Origin: Carcharhinus longimanus
Lineage: Eukaryota
Assembly: GCA_030264375.1 (NCBI GenBank)
Contig: JASCQW010000154.1
Coordinates: 20,898,196 to 20,962,195 of the forward strand
Reading direction: 5' to 3'
Length of the DNA: 64,000 nt
The notes under the pieces were generated by a model. It was not told the origin of the DNA. It made no database searches and was given only the letters and a program-made list of their open reading frames with translations. Both the position numbers and the translations under genes were made by a program. This document shows positions 25,100-39,325 of the stretch, piece by piece (position 1 is the first letter of the stretch; each line of letters begins with the position of its first letter).

Positions 25100-27735
25100 C
25101 AAGGTAACACAGATCTTTGCTAAGCTGATGCTTCAAAATAATAGTGCTCTTCTCAGGCTGTTGGCTGTCAACTGGGTGCTGCCACTATACCTGTTTTTCT
25201 TTTCCTCAATAGGTGGGTATAGCCATCAGTAGTATTGCCATCAGCCAACCTGGCATCATTCAGAACATCTGTGATCATTCCTTTCCTGATGACAAAGTTA
25301 TGAAACAGATAACACAATACCACAGTTGCTGAGGCAGTGCTGGATGTGTACTACAACATCTATCCTAACCAGACATCAAAACCTTGCTTTGAGCATTATA
25401 CTAATGAATGAACTGGCCGATTGCGGGAGGACACAGATTTCAGACTAAGCCTGCTGCAGCGCGTGAGAGATTCAATAAGAGGGAAAAACGTACGTGACAT
25501 TGTACTTCCCAGCTTATCTATCACAGATACATCTGTCTGTGACAGTCTTGGAGGAGTGACCACCGCACAATCCTTGTGGATTGTCACATTTTCACACTGA
25601 AGGTTATCGTCCATCCTACTGTGTTGTACTACTTATCACAATACTAAATAGGATCGATTCAGAATTGTACAAGGAGCTCAAAACTGGACAACCATGAGGT
25701 GTTGTGAGTCACTAACAGCAGTAGAATTTTATTCAACCATAATCTGTAGCCTCACGGCCTGGCATATCCTTTACTCCACACCATTGCCAATCTTCGTTTA
25801 ATGAAGAATACAGCAATGCATGCCAAGAGCAGCAACAGGCATACTGAAAAACATGTTGCCAAACTGATGAAGACACAATACAGGACTACTTGCAAGCTAA
25901 ATGGTAGAAGTAGCATACGACAAAGAGCTAAATAATCCCACAACCAAATGATCAGATCAAAGTTCTGCAGTCCTGCCAATTCCAGTCATGCAATGAACAA
26001 TTAAACAACTAAATAGGGAAAGAGACTCAGAAGCCTTCCCATCCGCAATGGTGGGGGAACTGAGCACATTATACAAAATATAAGGCTGAAGCATTTGCAA
26101 CCATCTTCACCCAGATGTGTTAATTAGATGATCCATCTGGGCCTCCTCCTCAGGTCTACAGCATTACTGATGCCCACTTTCAGCCAAATGGATCCCCTCC
26201 AGGTGAAATCAAGAAGTGGCTGAAAACCGTAGATGCAGCAAAGGCCACAGGCCAAAACAACATCCTGGCTATAGTTCTGAAGACATGTACTCCTAAGGAC
26301 ATGCTGATTAGGTGCATTGGCCATGTTAAGTTCTCCCTCAGTGTACCCAAACAGATGCAGGAGTGTGGCAACTAGGGGATTTTCACAGTAACTTCATTGT
26401 GGTGTTAATGTAAGCTTACTTGTGACTAATAAATAAACTTTCAACTTTAACTTTATTAGCTGTGCCCTTAAATCATCTGCTCTTGTACAGCTGCAAAGCT
26501 GGCATCCACACAACATGGAAAATTGTCTATAAAGAACAAATCTAAACTGGCCAATTATTGCCTCCTTAACTCTTAAACATTAGTAAACTGGTGCTATCGT
26601 ATAGCACTTACACAGAAATAATATGTTCACCAATTGATTCCACAATGGCCACTTGGCACCAGACCTCATTACAGCCTCAGCCCACACATGGGCAAAAGAC
26701 CCAAATTTCAGTGGTGAAGGGAGAGATCAATGCAGCATTTGACTGAGTGCAACATCAAAAATCCTCAGCACAAATGAAGTCAATGAGAATTGAGGGGAAA
26801 TTCTCCATTGGTTGTAGTTTTACCTAGCACAAAGGAAGATTGAAGATGGTTGTGGTTGTTGGAAGCCAGGATATTGCTGCAGGAATTCCTCAGGGTTGTA
26901 TTTCACACTCAAACATTGTCAGCTCCTTCATGAATGACCTTCCCTCCATCATAAGCTCTGAAGTGGGAATGTTTGCTCACTGATTGTGTTGTTCAGTCCC
27001 ATTCACAATGCCTCAGATACTGAAACAGTCTGCGTTCCCATGCACCAGAGACTTGAACAATATTCAGGCGTGGGCTGGTAAGTGACAAGTGACATTCATG
27101 CAACACAAATACTCCAAGGAGAAAGAATATATCCATCATCTTTGATATTTAACATCATAATCATCAGTGAATCTCCCACCATTAATATTCTGGGGGTTAC
27201 CACTGACCAGAAATTTAACTAAAACAGCCATACTTACTCTGGTCAGTTGAGCAGGTCAGTGAAAAACTCGCCTCCTCACTCCCTAAAGTATGTTTCTCAT
27301 CTATAGGGTGCAAGTCAGGAGTGTGATGGAATACTCTCCACTTGCTTGGATGAGTACAGCTCCAATATTCAAGAATTCAACATCCCAAGACAAGTCAACC
27401 ATCTTGATCAAAACCCACGACCATCCTGTATTTACTCCCTGTACCACTGGTACTCTGGCAGCAATTCAATAAGGTTCCTTTGACCGCACTTCCAAATCCA
27501 CACTCTATAACAGCGAATAATAAATGCAGAAGACATTATGGAACACCACCACATGCAAACTCCCCTCCAAGTAACACTACATCCCTTCCTAACAGCACTG
27601 TGGGTGTGCCTACACCACATGAACTGTAGTGGTTCAAGGAAGCTGCTCACCACCACCTTCTCAAGGGCAAATAAAGGATGGGCAATAAATACTGGCCTAA
27701 CCAAGGATGCTAAAATCCTGCGAAATAATAAAAAA
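25100..27735 (+). mobile_element. Long decayed CR1-group LINE (endonuclease end, RT, 3' tail)
   Basis: agagggaaaaacgtacgtgac...agtgaccaccgcaca (RGKNxxD...SDH endonuclease end); gcaggaattcctcaggg (GxPQG); gggaatgtttgct (GMFA); tail gatgggcaataaatactggcc. A second 3' end lies at about 27760-27940. Confidence 0.82.
26296..26455 (+). mobile_element. SINE 3' half (variant-tail subfamily) inserted in the LINE
   Basis: aggtgcattggccatg..ttctccctcagtgtaccc...cttgtgactaataaataaactt, as at 49912, 52133 and 57003. Confidence 0.85.
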
Positions 27736-28744
27736 ATCTGTGTTGATATTGTGTTCTTTCATTTGTGCTGGGTTAAAATCCTGGAATTCCATCCCCAACA
27801 GCCCTGTGGGCACATTAACACCAGTTGGACTGCTGTAGTTTAAGAAGATGGTTCACCACCAACTTCTTGAGGGCATTTTTGATGGGCAATAAATGCTCCT
27901 TTTGCCAATAATGCTCACATTCCAAGAACAAAAAGGAAAAATTGCTTTTATACATGCCACTCTGCAGCACAAGTGATCTGATGACAAGGTATCAGAGCTA
28001 TGGGAGTAGCAGGTATTCCTCAACACACTGGAAACATTCTTCCTTTAGCTCCAGCTGTTTAAATAGAGCTGGAAGGCTGGACCGATGAGCTATAAAAGCA
28101 ACATGGATCTGTGCCTACTGTAGCAAATGGTGTGCACATTTAGGGAACGGATGTCTTTGAGGTTTATACAAATATGGCTGTTAACATATGGGATATATAA
28201 TGCCATATGGGTGCAATCAATAACTCCCACAGCCCTGACGAGTATGGATAATTGTGAAAAAATTGTGAGATCTCTCAGTTATCTGGCTGTGGGCACCATA
28301 GAACTGTATAAAATGAAATGCCTGTTAAAGAAGGCAGTGGTGGCTTGCCTTTCGGAGTAGTGCACAGCAAATTAGCTAATCAGACACAAGTCCTCTGCGG
28401 CTCCCTAGAATAAATCTGTGGCATAAAATTTGAGAGCTGCGGTCACATTTGCTGCTATAGTGAAAGATGTTGGGGGCTCTGGACACTGGTTCCAGGTCTG
28501 AGTGCAACAACACGTGGAGCTCCTCTGAAGCTTCCTGACTGAAGTGTAGCCATGTAAGAAAGACCTTCTGATAAACATTTCAGAAAATGCACCTGCATCT
28601 AAATATCTGGTAGGATGCGTGCTGCTGAGGTAGTCTGATTCTGCTTTGGTTCAGTTCGTTCTGGATTACCACAAATTTACCTATGATCTTTTTTCCTCTA
28701 GTATATGTACGACTTAACTTTCAAGCTCCTCAACATAGGATTGA

Positions 28745-29910
28745 GGAGGTACCTTAAGTATGTGCTGGGAATCCCCTTTGGAGGTTCAGAGGTAAAGTCG
28801 CTCAGCAGTCAGCCAGAAGTTCAGACTCCCCTTGGACAACTGACCTGCACTGGAATCCATCAGAAAATGAGATTTGAATCACAAATCACAGACGGTTTGG
28901 ACTGGATTACATCAACAGTTACCTAGAAAAGGTTAGAAGGATTAAAATCACTTCTAACTTTGGGTAACTAGAACACAGACCTAGACCAACCTCCCCCCCT
29001 CCATAGGATACTCCTCACAACGCAGGAATTTCTCCCCACATTACTATCCCACCCACGGGACTCCCTCACCACCATCCGCACCCCTCACCCATAGGAGTTC
29101 CCCCACTCCCTTCCACAGCTCTCTCTGACCCCATTGAGATCTCCCTATAACCCCAAAATTTGAGGTGGCAAGACCCAGACAGTGTAATGCATCCCAGGGG
29201 CCCAGTCTTGAAGTCCAAGAAAGTTGAAATGAAGGAGGCCACGGTCCCTTTTTTTATAGCTGTAAACCAGTTAAGTTTAAATGTCTTTGACAGGCCAGGG
29301 AGAAGGCAAGTATCTAAGGTAAGTGAATAGAATTGGAAGGGAGGGGGGGGGGGGGAGGCAGGAAGGAATNNNNNNNNNNNNNNNNNNNNNNNNGGGCAGT
29401 GGTCGTGGGGGGCGGGGCTTGTGGAATGGGGAGGTGGGGCAGGTCAGATAGGTTCAGACGCAGGGTGCTTATCAGAATCAGGCTTCAGGGGGTGAAGGGA
29501 GGATGTCAGTGGGGGATCTGAGCCTCAAGTGTGGTTGTGTTGGTGGGAATGGGAGGGCAGTGTGATGTGACTGTCCTGTGTGGTTAGGATGGAATCCCTT
29601 GGGCTGTGGTAGTGGGAGATAGTGGTGGCAGGTGTTAGTGGGGGAGAGGGAGTCATGTCGGGGAAGGTCAGTCTGGGTGTGTACGGAGTTACCCTGACGT
29701 TAGAAATGGTTCTAATCCTGCTAACCTTTTTTGGGTCACTGTTGGTGTAAGTAATTCTGTTGGATCCATCCGAAGATTTAAATTCCATTTTCAGACGGTT
29801 CCTAATGCAGGGCAATTGTCCAGGAAAAGTTTGTATTTCTGGGCAACTGCTGTAAAAATCTTACCTGTGAACCTCTGAAGGGGATTCAGCAATCCTCTTT
29901 AAATACCATG
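28745..29910. mobile_element. Foldback / large MITE-like element, about 1.2 kb, with ~200-bp diverged inverted arms
   Basis: 28769-28969 aligns to the reverse complement of 29687-29887; the interior is C-rich on the left and G-rich on the right. Confidence 0.75.
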
Positions 29911-30599
29911 TACTCTGAAGGTAAAGCAAAATGTAAAGGAATGCTTCCTGAGTACAATAGTGAAAACATTCTTCAGTACTTCCACTGAATCACAATATTT
30001 GGTCAAAAGTCTTCATGAGCAACATGAGTTCAGCAGTGTTCCTTTAACCAGATACATCTGGCTTGAAGAGCAGGTCCTAGTAAATTGCACTAATAGGGAA
30101 GGCAGTATTAATGGAATTTAGAATGAGAGGCATCAGCTATCATAATTTTGTAATATGTATGCAGCCGTCATAGAGAGCAGGGATTTCTGCACATGCCTGA
30201 AAATACATTGGAATTTATACCAGGAATCTTCTGGAGTGGAAGCCAGGTGTAACTTGGGACTGATTCAAAGAATCTCTCCATGAAGTGGCAGTCACTAATT
30301 TATGCTTCCCATCCCAGGAATTATGAGGCCCGCAATGCTCATTAGTGCAATATTTTCAAAAGTAAATAATGCAAGGATGCTTGGTTATACTATCACAGAT
30401 ACATTGAAAAAGTAAAATTACGAACTATAACTCAATATCAGAGCATCAAGAAAGTTAGGTGAAGAAATTTACAGCACAGACTGTTTCTTCGTTTAGCCCA
30501 TTTGTGATTTTGGTTCAGATTTTGCTTTAGAATTATGAGCAAACTAGGTAACAGCAGATTCGTATTCTTTTTGTCTTCATCAATATCAATCCAGTCAAC

Positions 30600-31370
30600 T
30601 TTCACGTCTCTGTCATTGCTCCTGATCACTTAGCTGAGATTAAGTTCTGGAAGAACAATAATTTCCTTCAACTCAACATTAGCAAGTTTGAAGCTATCGT
30701 GTTCTGTTTTTCTAAAATTATGTGCCTAAGTAACGGACTCTCTCTCCGTTTCTGGCAGATCATTCAGGTTGATTCTATTGGTGCAAAACGTTAGTGACCT
30801 CTTTGGCTCTTACTTGATTTCAAAGTCCACATCCTTCCCATCACCAGGACTGCCTATTTCCACAGCATCTTCTGACTCAACTCTAATGTTACAGATACAC
30901 CTACTCATATCTTTGCCACCTATAGACTCAATCGTTTTACTGCTCTATTTGTTGGCCTCCTAAGTTCTATTCTTTGAAAGTTGTCCAAACTTGCACTCAT
31001 CCCACATTCTATTCTGCACTACATCCTATTTCCCTATGGTCACCAATTTCCCTATCTACTTATGCATTTTAAAATCTTTGTGCCCATTTCTAAATTTTCT
31101 GTGGCCTCATTCCTCTTGACCTTTATAACCTCATTCCTGTACATGGCCTTGAGTACCCTCTGGCCTTCTTCATATTTCCCCTTTTCTTTGTTCCGCATTT
31201 TGGGTGCAAAGCTTTCAAGTGTTTCAGTTCTGCATATGAAGACGATATTTGAGTCACTCCATCTTAGGTACTCTTTCAGTATTGCTTTTGGTTACTGCCT
31301 GAATGCTTATTTCCTAGTCTTTGGTTCTTTTTTGCTGAAATGCCTTGAGACACTTTACTACAATAACTGT
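30600..31370 (+). mobile_element. Old L2-like LINE 3' fragment
   Basis: aataatttccttcaactcaacattagcaag..gaagctatc (NFLQLNxxKxEAI); tail tgccttgagacactttactac. Confidence 0.55.
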
Positions 31371-32317
31371 GCAAAAGTTATCATCGATAATGTAAAAAAG
31401 ATTCAGACAATAGTATAAAGATGATTTTGTGCTGTTTTGTGTTGAAGTCCCAAATAAATGATCAAAGTATATTCTGACGCGTGAAACATAAACAATTCAT
31501 CATAATTTAGTGAAAGAAAGAATATGTTATGCAATAAAAGTATTTCAGCTTAATTTAGTTCCCATTTAAGAAAACAAATAATTCAGAAGCAAAGCAAAAT
31601 GTGATTCTATTTTTAATATGCATCATTGTCTCCTGGAGACATTTAGCTATTAATTAACTATATTTGGACTGCTGACCATTAAAAATGGCATTGAGAATAT
31701 TCTAAAATTAGATCCGGAGTCTTTAGGCGGTGCTTTGTTTGTTTTGTGTCTTCACAAACACTTTGTTCCCTTTGGGGAATGGTGGGGAAGTGTTGGGAGG
31801 ATTAGCAGGCTGGTTATCAACCTATTGAACCGCGTCATGAATGCCTTTTTCTGTGGCCAGCAAGTCCTGGAGTGGGAATTACACCCAGAGTTTCTGGCTC
31901 AGGGGCAGGGATACTACTAACTGAGCCACATACCTCCCTAGACTGTGCTTAAATCAGTATTTCCAGCATGAGTATCATAGTACTTTAAAATACATGCTTT
32001 TATTTGGAGTCAAGTCTAGTTATGTTACATTTACAATCAATAAAATAAATGGAATTATTGTTAAGCCTGGCATATTTACTTCAGTCCAGGAACAGTTAAA
32101 TTTTATAACAGACTCATCCATATTAGATGGAACTATTGTATTTCTAAACCTTATTAAGAATAATACATCAGAATTGAATCGAATGGCTTTTCGAAGTCTT
32201 GCGGCAGTATGTTTTTTTCCTACATGTAGATTCTCAGAGTTAATGTGACCAGCCATTAATTCACAATAACACAGCTGTTACTTTGAGACCTTGCAGTTTT
32301 TTCTGCAGTTCCCTTAC

Positions 32318-32498
32318 CAGTAGTGAAAAGGTGCTTGATAGGTTTCTCAGTGCCAGGATTTTTTAAGTTTGCAGTTGCTGGGGAGGACTGGGCTCTGCAG
32401 AGTGGTTGATGCCTGTCTGTCACAGACATACTTCCCATAGCTACAGAAGCCTGATACACATGAAGCTGTTGCATGCGTTGCTGGTCCAAGAATTGCTG
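32318..32498 (-). CDS. HDAC5: HDAC5 exon: QQFLDQQRMQQLHVYQASVAMGSMSVTDRHQPLCRAQSSPATANLKNPGTEKPIKHLFTT(G) (14-3-3 site RAQSSP)
   Basis: Acceptor tttttacag followed by a second CAG, donor gtaagg; 181 nt, phase 0 to 1; ORF 32256..32489. Confidence 0.94.
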
Positions 32499-34769
32499 CT
32501 GTAAAAATTGAAGAACAAAAAGCTGAACTTACTTTCCATTACTGTAAAAAAAAATTCAAAATAAAATTATTTCAGCAAAATCATCTACAAAGACTCTAAG
32601 CACAGCCTCTCCCTATTCCCATTTTGCAGCCCATAGCTTTAGAAAATGCTTCCATCATTATTGTACAAAGTTATATCAAGGAACTACTGGCATTCCCACC
32701 TAGTTACTTTCATTAAAGCTTACCATTCTACCATTGAGCTTCTAAATTTCCTTGGTTTCATCTGTATCAATTTCAAACATAGATGCATAATGAGATTTCT
32801 GATTACTCTCCCAAATTATTTTCCAAATTCTCCCATTGAGGGCACGCTGATGACCCTGTCCGCATAACTGTGTTACTGACTACAAGGAGGGGGAATGAGT
32901 AACCTTGTTTTCCTTCCTTTAGGGAAGTATACAAATCTATTTGTTTATTCCCTCCCCCCCTCCCCCCCCACACACAACTCAACCAAGATCAGAAGATTGA
33001 CAAAAGATTATGCAAGACATGGCTGCCTGCATTTTACACAGCCCTTTACAGTCTTCATAACCCTCTGTTTCCCTTGTCCTTTCTCAATGAACCAATACAG
33101 CCTTTTGCTTTCAATGGAATCCTTGTGCTAATTAGCTTGCTTTTTAATTTATACTTTTCTCCACATACTTTTCCACTTTAGCAAGGCCCTCTACATAATG
33201 TACCAAACTAATAGTAGGATAGGGAGAAAGTGTACTTTTAGGTGTGTCTCTGTAACACTGAAAATTGGCAATTAGGAGAAGTAACACGCATTTGCCCATC
33301 CTGGTTTTGTCTTCCCCTCTTGGTGGAAGCATCATGTCTCTACTTAGAGCCTTAGTAGATGATTATGCTGAGCTTACCTTAGATGAAAAGGTATAAATAT
33401 TAAAAATGATTATGTATGAGATGGCTGGCTACACTTTGCACTGCAAGAGGTCTTTGTAACCCTCTTGTGTTTCACTACAAAATAGCAATTAACATACATA
33501 CCAAAATCAAAGGAGATATTATCCTAACTGCTACCTATAGGAAGTTTTACGTTTTTCTTAGAGATCTGTGATTTAGACAGATTGCTAACCTTGACCTTTC
33601 TTCGTAGAATTCACCCCTTTCTAAAACAGACTGCCTTGAGTCTAATTACTGCAAAAAGACCCATTGAGCAACATTATAACGCAAAGAATATGCCTAAAGC
33701 AAATTAGCAAATGACATTTATCATAAACCTTTTTAGCTGCTGTCAGAAACAGGAAGTCTGAAAAGATGAGTCGCAGTTTCTGAAGGAAGACATTTGTTGT
33801 ATATACTACATCCTTTGTACTAAGAGGTTGAAGGCCACAACATCATACGAAAAAAAAATCAGTTGCCTTTCACAATATGTTATGAAAAAAAATTGAGCTT
33901 GTGGCCAAGTCTTTTGAAGAATGCCAAAAGTCAATGACAGACATCTTAAAATTCCCCAGTGTATTTATCCAATATATTTACTTAGGAGACACTATAATTT
34001 AAGTTAGCTTTGAAAATATTTTAATATTGCCAACAGGACAATGTCAGGCAGCAAAGAATAAAATAGAAAGCATCTGTTTCCCATAAACTGCTTAGAGCTG
34101 CATACCAACATAGAAGAAAAAGGCAGTGACAGCCATTGCGCACAAGAGGGAATTCCACCCAAAGTGTATTATGTGAGAAAGTTCATCTTCTCACCTATTA
34201 AACAAATGTAACTTTCTTGACATTAAATTTAAAGATACATGGGACATTATCAGTTCCCATTAATTCTTTTACTGGCACCTTTTCAAGTGTGTAGCATACA
34301 CATGAATCTGGTATAAATAATACATTTTACTTGTGAATACAATTTAATTAAGACTGCACTTACTTTAGAGTCAAGAATAAACAATTTCAACTACAGCTCA
34401 TAGCACAGCAACAGTTTTTTATTAAATATATAAATGACTACAGCCATTTAGAACAAAGTTCTTTCAATTCTGGAATTTAGGCTCAAGTCCAGGCCAGAAG
34501 GACTTAATGAAATTCTCCACTTGCTGTTGGCTCCAAGCATTATACTGAAATGAGTTTGGACAGTTGCAACCCTCTTTTTCTGGGTGCAAGTACACAATGT
34601 GAATGAATACCGACCTCCCTGCATGTCACTGCTCCCCCCACACCCTGCCCCACCACTTGTTTAACCACCAAACAAAACAAAATGATTGGTTTGTGATTAA
34701 AGACAGGACATAATTGATTTCTTATTCCATGTGCAGGGTAAACTTAAAGACTCATCAGTAAAAGCATGT

Positions 34770-34960
34770 TTCATCAGTCAATTAAATCACGGTTGATCTG
34801 CATCTCAATTCAATTTACCTGCTTTGCTCCATATTCCTTAATACCCTTGCCCAAAAAATATAGATCAATGTTAGTTTTAAAATTTTCAATTGACCTGACC
34901 TCACCAGTTTTCTTGGGAAACAGAATTCCAGATTTCCACAACCCTTTGTGTGAACAGCAT
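34770..34960 (-). mobile_element. CR1 3' fragment
   Basis: ccatattccttaataccctt...agaattccagatttccacaaccctttgtgtgaa. Confidence 0.65.
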
Positions 34961-34999
34961 CGTGTCATCATTTAAACATGCTTAACCCATTCGATGTCA

Positions 35000-35680
35000 G
35001 ATTCTCTCATCTCACGGCATGAACCCAGTGGCAATCATTACTTGCCTCCACCAGCAGAGACCAGGCATGATGGCCATGCTGGGGATCTCTGACCTCCTGG
35101 GTGGTTGGGGATTTGGCTAGGCTGTGACCATCTGGCAGTGTCCACTTGACATATAGTGCCAGTTGCACACTGCCAGTGTGCCATGGGCAGTACCAAGGGG
35201 GTGGGGTCAAAGCTTGAGTTGGGGGGTCATGATGAGGGAGGCTATGGCCGGGGAGTGCTATGGTGGGGAGGTGGCTATGATGGAGCATGAGGTTTGTGAA
35301 GGGGTGGGGCAGGAAGGGGGATTCATTGGGAGGGCCCCAATGCCAACAATCCACGTCAGGAAGGGACTGAGGAAATATGCTGCTGATATGGAGGGGTGGA
35401 GAGGTTGGGGTCCTTATGTCCATGGGGGGAGGACGAGGGCTTCGGTGCACTGTATGATCAAGGAACTCTTTCAAATCTGTGCCTGACTGTTTTACAGACG
35501 GACTCACTGTTGTGTTTAGGCCCCACCCCTTCAAGGATTGGCATGCAACTGACCACTCTCACAAAAAAGTGGCTGTGTGGAATGATTGCGGTCCAATCTG
35601 CACCGGACAAACTGGTGCGAATCGCTCTGTTTTTGCTGCTGTTATAACACTTAGTAATTTTTTGGGAAAATTCCATCCTT
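35000..35680. mobile_element. G-rich non-autonomous DNA-transposon-like fragment
   Basis: G-rich interior like 39340-39820; ends in tttttgggaaaattccatcc, resembling the terminus at 45555-45568. Confidence 0.45.
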
Positions 35681-36271
35681 GAGTTCATGCCGAAATTCCT
35701 TCCATATTACAAATTTTCAAATCTCGACTATGATATCAGAGGGATTAGGGTGCTAAGTGAACAACAGGCACTTGCCCTCTGACAGAGGGCGCACTAATCC
35801 GATGTACTCAAAATACAGGCATTTTTGTCCTCCTCTCTGGATTCCTCGCTGAGAGTGCACATTTAAAGAAGTGCAATCCTAGCTGTTAGGAGAGGAAGAA
35901 ACTGCTCAGTACTCCACATCAAATTTTGTTGCAGAGTTGTTGCACACAAGTAATCCAGTGACATCTGCACGCATTTCGAGAAAGGGATAAATAAGGTGAC
36001 TAAAGGCCACTGCTGGTGTTGGACTTGTTGCAAGTTTACGGGAGATTTTTGGATGAAGCTGGGCAACGGGAGACAGAGAGCATTGGAATCGCCGAGTCGA
36101 GATAGAACAAAACCATAGACAAGGAATTCGCCAGCAGACGAGCTGAGGAAGGGTTGGTGAGGGGCATAAGTGATTGAGCAGATAATGTGGTTGGAAGCCT
36201 ATCTCAATATCCAACAGGATGTGAACAGTCAAATTCAGCCTCAAGCTGTTGCTAGTGAAAGAGAATTGAGT

Positions 36272-36572
36272 GGATGGAATGGTATCACAGTGGTTAACAC
36301 TGCTGCCTCACAGCGCCAGAGACCCGCGTTTGATTTCTGGCTTGGGTCATTGTGTGGAGTTTGCACATTCGCCTCATGTTTGCTGCGTTTCCTCTGGATG
36401 CTCCGGTTTCCTCCCACAGTCGAAAGATGTGCAGGCTAGGTGGATTGGCCAGGCTAAATTGCCCCTTACTGTCAGGGGACTAGCTGGGGTAAATGCACCG
36501 AATTGTGGTCGGTGTAGACTTGATGGGCCAAATGGCCTTCTTCTGCACTGTAGGGATTCTAAGAAGTCTATG
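36272..36572 (+). mobile_element. HE1-type SINE
   Basis: cacagtggttaacactgctgcctcacagcgccagagaccc...ggccttcttctgcactgtagggattct. Confidence 0.9.
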
Positions 36573-38929
36573 ACATCAGAGGGGAAAATAGCATCTGAGG
36601 CACCTGGATGCTTGCCGGCAGCTTAAACAACAAGTGAACAAGATCTGAGAGCAGATTGCTAATCACGTTCCTAGTTGGAGACGATGTGTAGAATAAAAAA
36701 ATGCATTCCTATCTATAGATAAGAGCTTAAAATAAACTCAAATCTACTTTGCCAATGACAATTTTTCTGCAGCAAATCAATGCTGGTGGGAGGCATGTAC
36801 ATTTGCTCATCATCAGTACTTGCATCTTATCCTTCAAAATCAAAAGGTTCATCGCTCTCTGGTAACCAGGTCCACATGAATGTATCCACATTAGAATGGT
36901 AAGTTGCCTTTAAGGAGAAATTTAGTTATCAGCTTTTAAGGGATTCTAGTCATAAAACTTTCATATAAATCTCAGTTTGATATCATGGTAGCAAATTCCA
37001 AAATCACAGGGTAGTCATTGACCTACTGCCAACTCTGTTACTGTGAACACACCAACTAGATCAGCATTAAAAGCCTAGATCAGTGCTTGTTAACTGGAGC
37101 TCTTTCTTCAACCCAGAAACAACTCTTTTTTCTAACAGGACAGAAAAATATCAGTAGGATGTTATTTCATATTTATTATAAAATTATGTACAACCCAAAT
37201 AAATGATCTAATTATTAGTGAAGCAAGCAAAAATATGTATTTAGTGAGTTTAGAACATCCCCATGTTTAGGCATAGTGCTGCAAAGAAAGCTGCTTCTAG
37301 TTAATTAATGGCAAACAACCAACATTTTTTGTGGAAATAGAAGATGGCCACGATACCTAGCTTCTTTGTTGGTGCATAAGAACGCCACACAAAAACTTGC
37401 ATGATGCTCTCCAGTAAACAACCAATCTGCAAAACATTGTTCTCAGCTGCAACATCATAACCTCTTGCAAAAGTTCCAAGCCTAAATTCAAAAATCAATA
37501 TATGCCTCTTTAAGCATTACACACACACACATATATATCTGTACGCAATTTATAAGAGATAATGAAGACATTTATGTAAATGGAATGTTGAATGTGGACA
37601 ACACCGAAATATACCTTTGAGAAAAAAGAAAATCAACTCCTATATATTTCATGAAGTGCTCCACATTCTTGGTAGGAAGTTCCTTGTTACCTTTGTGACC
37701 CACTACTACTGAATGTGGCACAGTCTCAACCAGATGGTTTAAAAGCTCTAAAATGTTTATTTCAGATACAGAGTTTCAGAATTAAATCCTTTTCAGTATA
37801 TTTATACTCTGTGCTTACTAGTGTTTTTATTCCTTGTCAGCAATGGTTCTAAACTCTTTCTTACATGAACTCCTGCTGCAGCAGCATGTCCTAGTCAAAG
37901 CCTAGGAACTGTAGCTGACGTAGGCCCAGTCGTTGAAGCAGCTAGTCAGGCAGTAGAGAAGTGTGCTGCCAAAGCTGGGAAAGAATATGGAGGGCCACCA
38001 TCTGAACAAAGGTGTTTTCCCCTAGATATGATCAATTTGTTTTAAAAATAGGTGTTTTGTGGTTCCAAAATGCTGCTTCACTAAACAGATATCAACCCAA
38101 CATTATATCTCCAGAGATCCCTACTTTAATTAGAAGTGGAATTCATTCAGTTTCCAGTGAAGATGCTGCTTTTTAGGTGTGTACACAACACAATTTTATT
38201 TTCAAAAACTAGATCACCTCCCAAAAGATTTCAGGCATGATAAAAAAAAACGAATAGCACTGAAGTGTAAAGTCATGATCATAGCAAATTTTCTTCCTTT
38301 GCTTTGTGAATGTATATTAACTCAAGAGCAGAAACCACTCATAAAACAAAGCAGTAGTATTGCCTGTGCTTTGTATTCATACGGTCCCCTGCATTTCATT
38401 GTGAAGCAGTAAAGAGAGTTTGTTAGATTAACTTGATGAAAATGACATTTCAATATTACATTTATGTTATATTTGTTTACATACAAGAGGAATAAGAGAC
38501 TATTCCTTATTTGCCAAGCTAAGCAGGAGATCTCTACAGTCTCCCATACTGGGTATTTGTATCCTTTTATGTGCACTCCATATTAGTTCATCTTTCAAGA
38601 AGTTTCTTTTGATGACAAAAAATGAAAATAGCAGCAAGCATGTATTTTTACTTTTAAGTTACGGATGTACTGAAAAAGATTTAGCTCTATAGCTTTATCG
38701 GAGTTAAGGATTTTAGACTTGTATTTTTGTAAAGACGCAGAGGGTCTCCCACTTAGCCAAAATGGCAGCAGAGACCCAATTCCAGAAGTCCTAACCAAAC
38801 CCAGCACCCACAATTTTCCATGTGAGCTGGCTGTAGTTTGCACATTATGATCCATGGAACAGGTGGCACAAAAAAACTGCAACTACCTTCAAACAGATCC
38901 AACTTTAGAAACTGGAATGTTCAAAACTG

Positions 38930-39325
38930 AGATGTATGGTTCACAGTGTAGCTCACTTACGCATGCTAGAAGCCTCATACAGTCACACACAGGACTTGTC
39001 CTATGCAAACAGAGGATTATCTTAACGCAGTGTGCCTTTTCCAACTAAACAATAGATTGGTGACCAGCCATTTTCTGGTTCATTCCCCGTGGCAATCAGC
39101 TGACCTGGTTTGTATATGAACAAAAGATTGGCAGTTAACTGTTCTTTTTTGCATTCTCTATGGCAACATCCCCACCAGAGTCTACTTGTCAACCAATCAG
39201 CACACCTGCGCAGTATATATTGTCGTTCCCTTTACTACTAGTTTATCTTGCAAGCTGTCTTGGTAAGAGCAAGACAGAAAACTTCAATAGCATGTCCCTT
39301 TTCTCAGCAATACTCAAGTTCTGTA
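38930..39325 (+). mobile_element. Penelope-like element 3' remnant (possible GIY-YIG C-terminus plus terminal repeat)
   Basis: HLRMLEASY...VLCKQ-like residues, then ccaatcagc boxes and the decayed core gtcttggtaagagcaagacagaaaacttc. Confidence 0.5.

Noticed and set aside
30981-31418. 145-aa hydrophobic ORF
   Set aside because: Lies in a T-rich decayed L2-like fragment; base composition explains the hydrophobicity.
35007-35534. Longest ORF in the track (175 aa, Pro/His-rich)
   Set aside because: Arises from the C-rich strand of a G-rich repeat; no recognisable domain or splice context.
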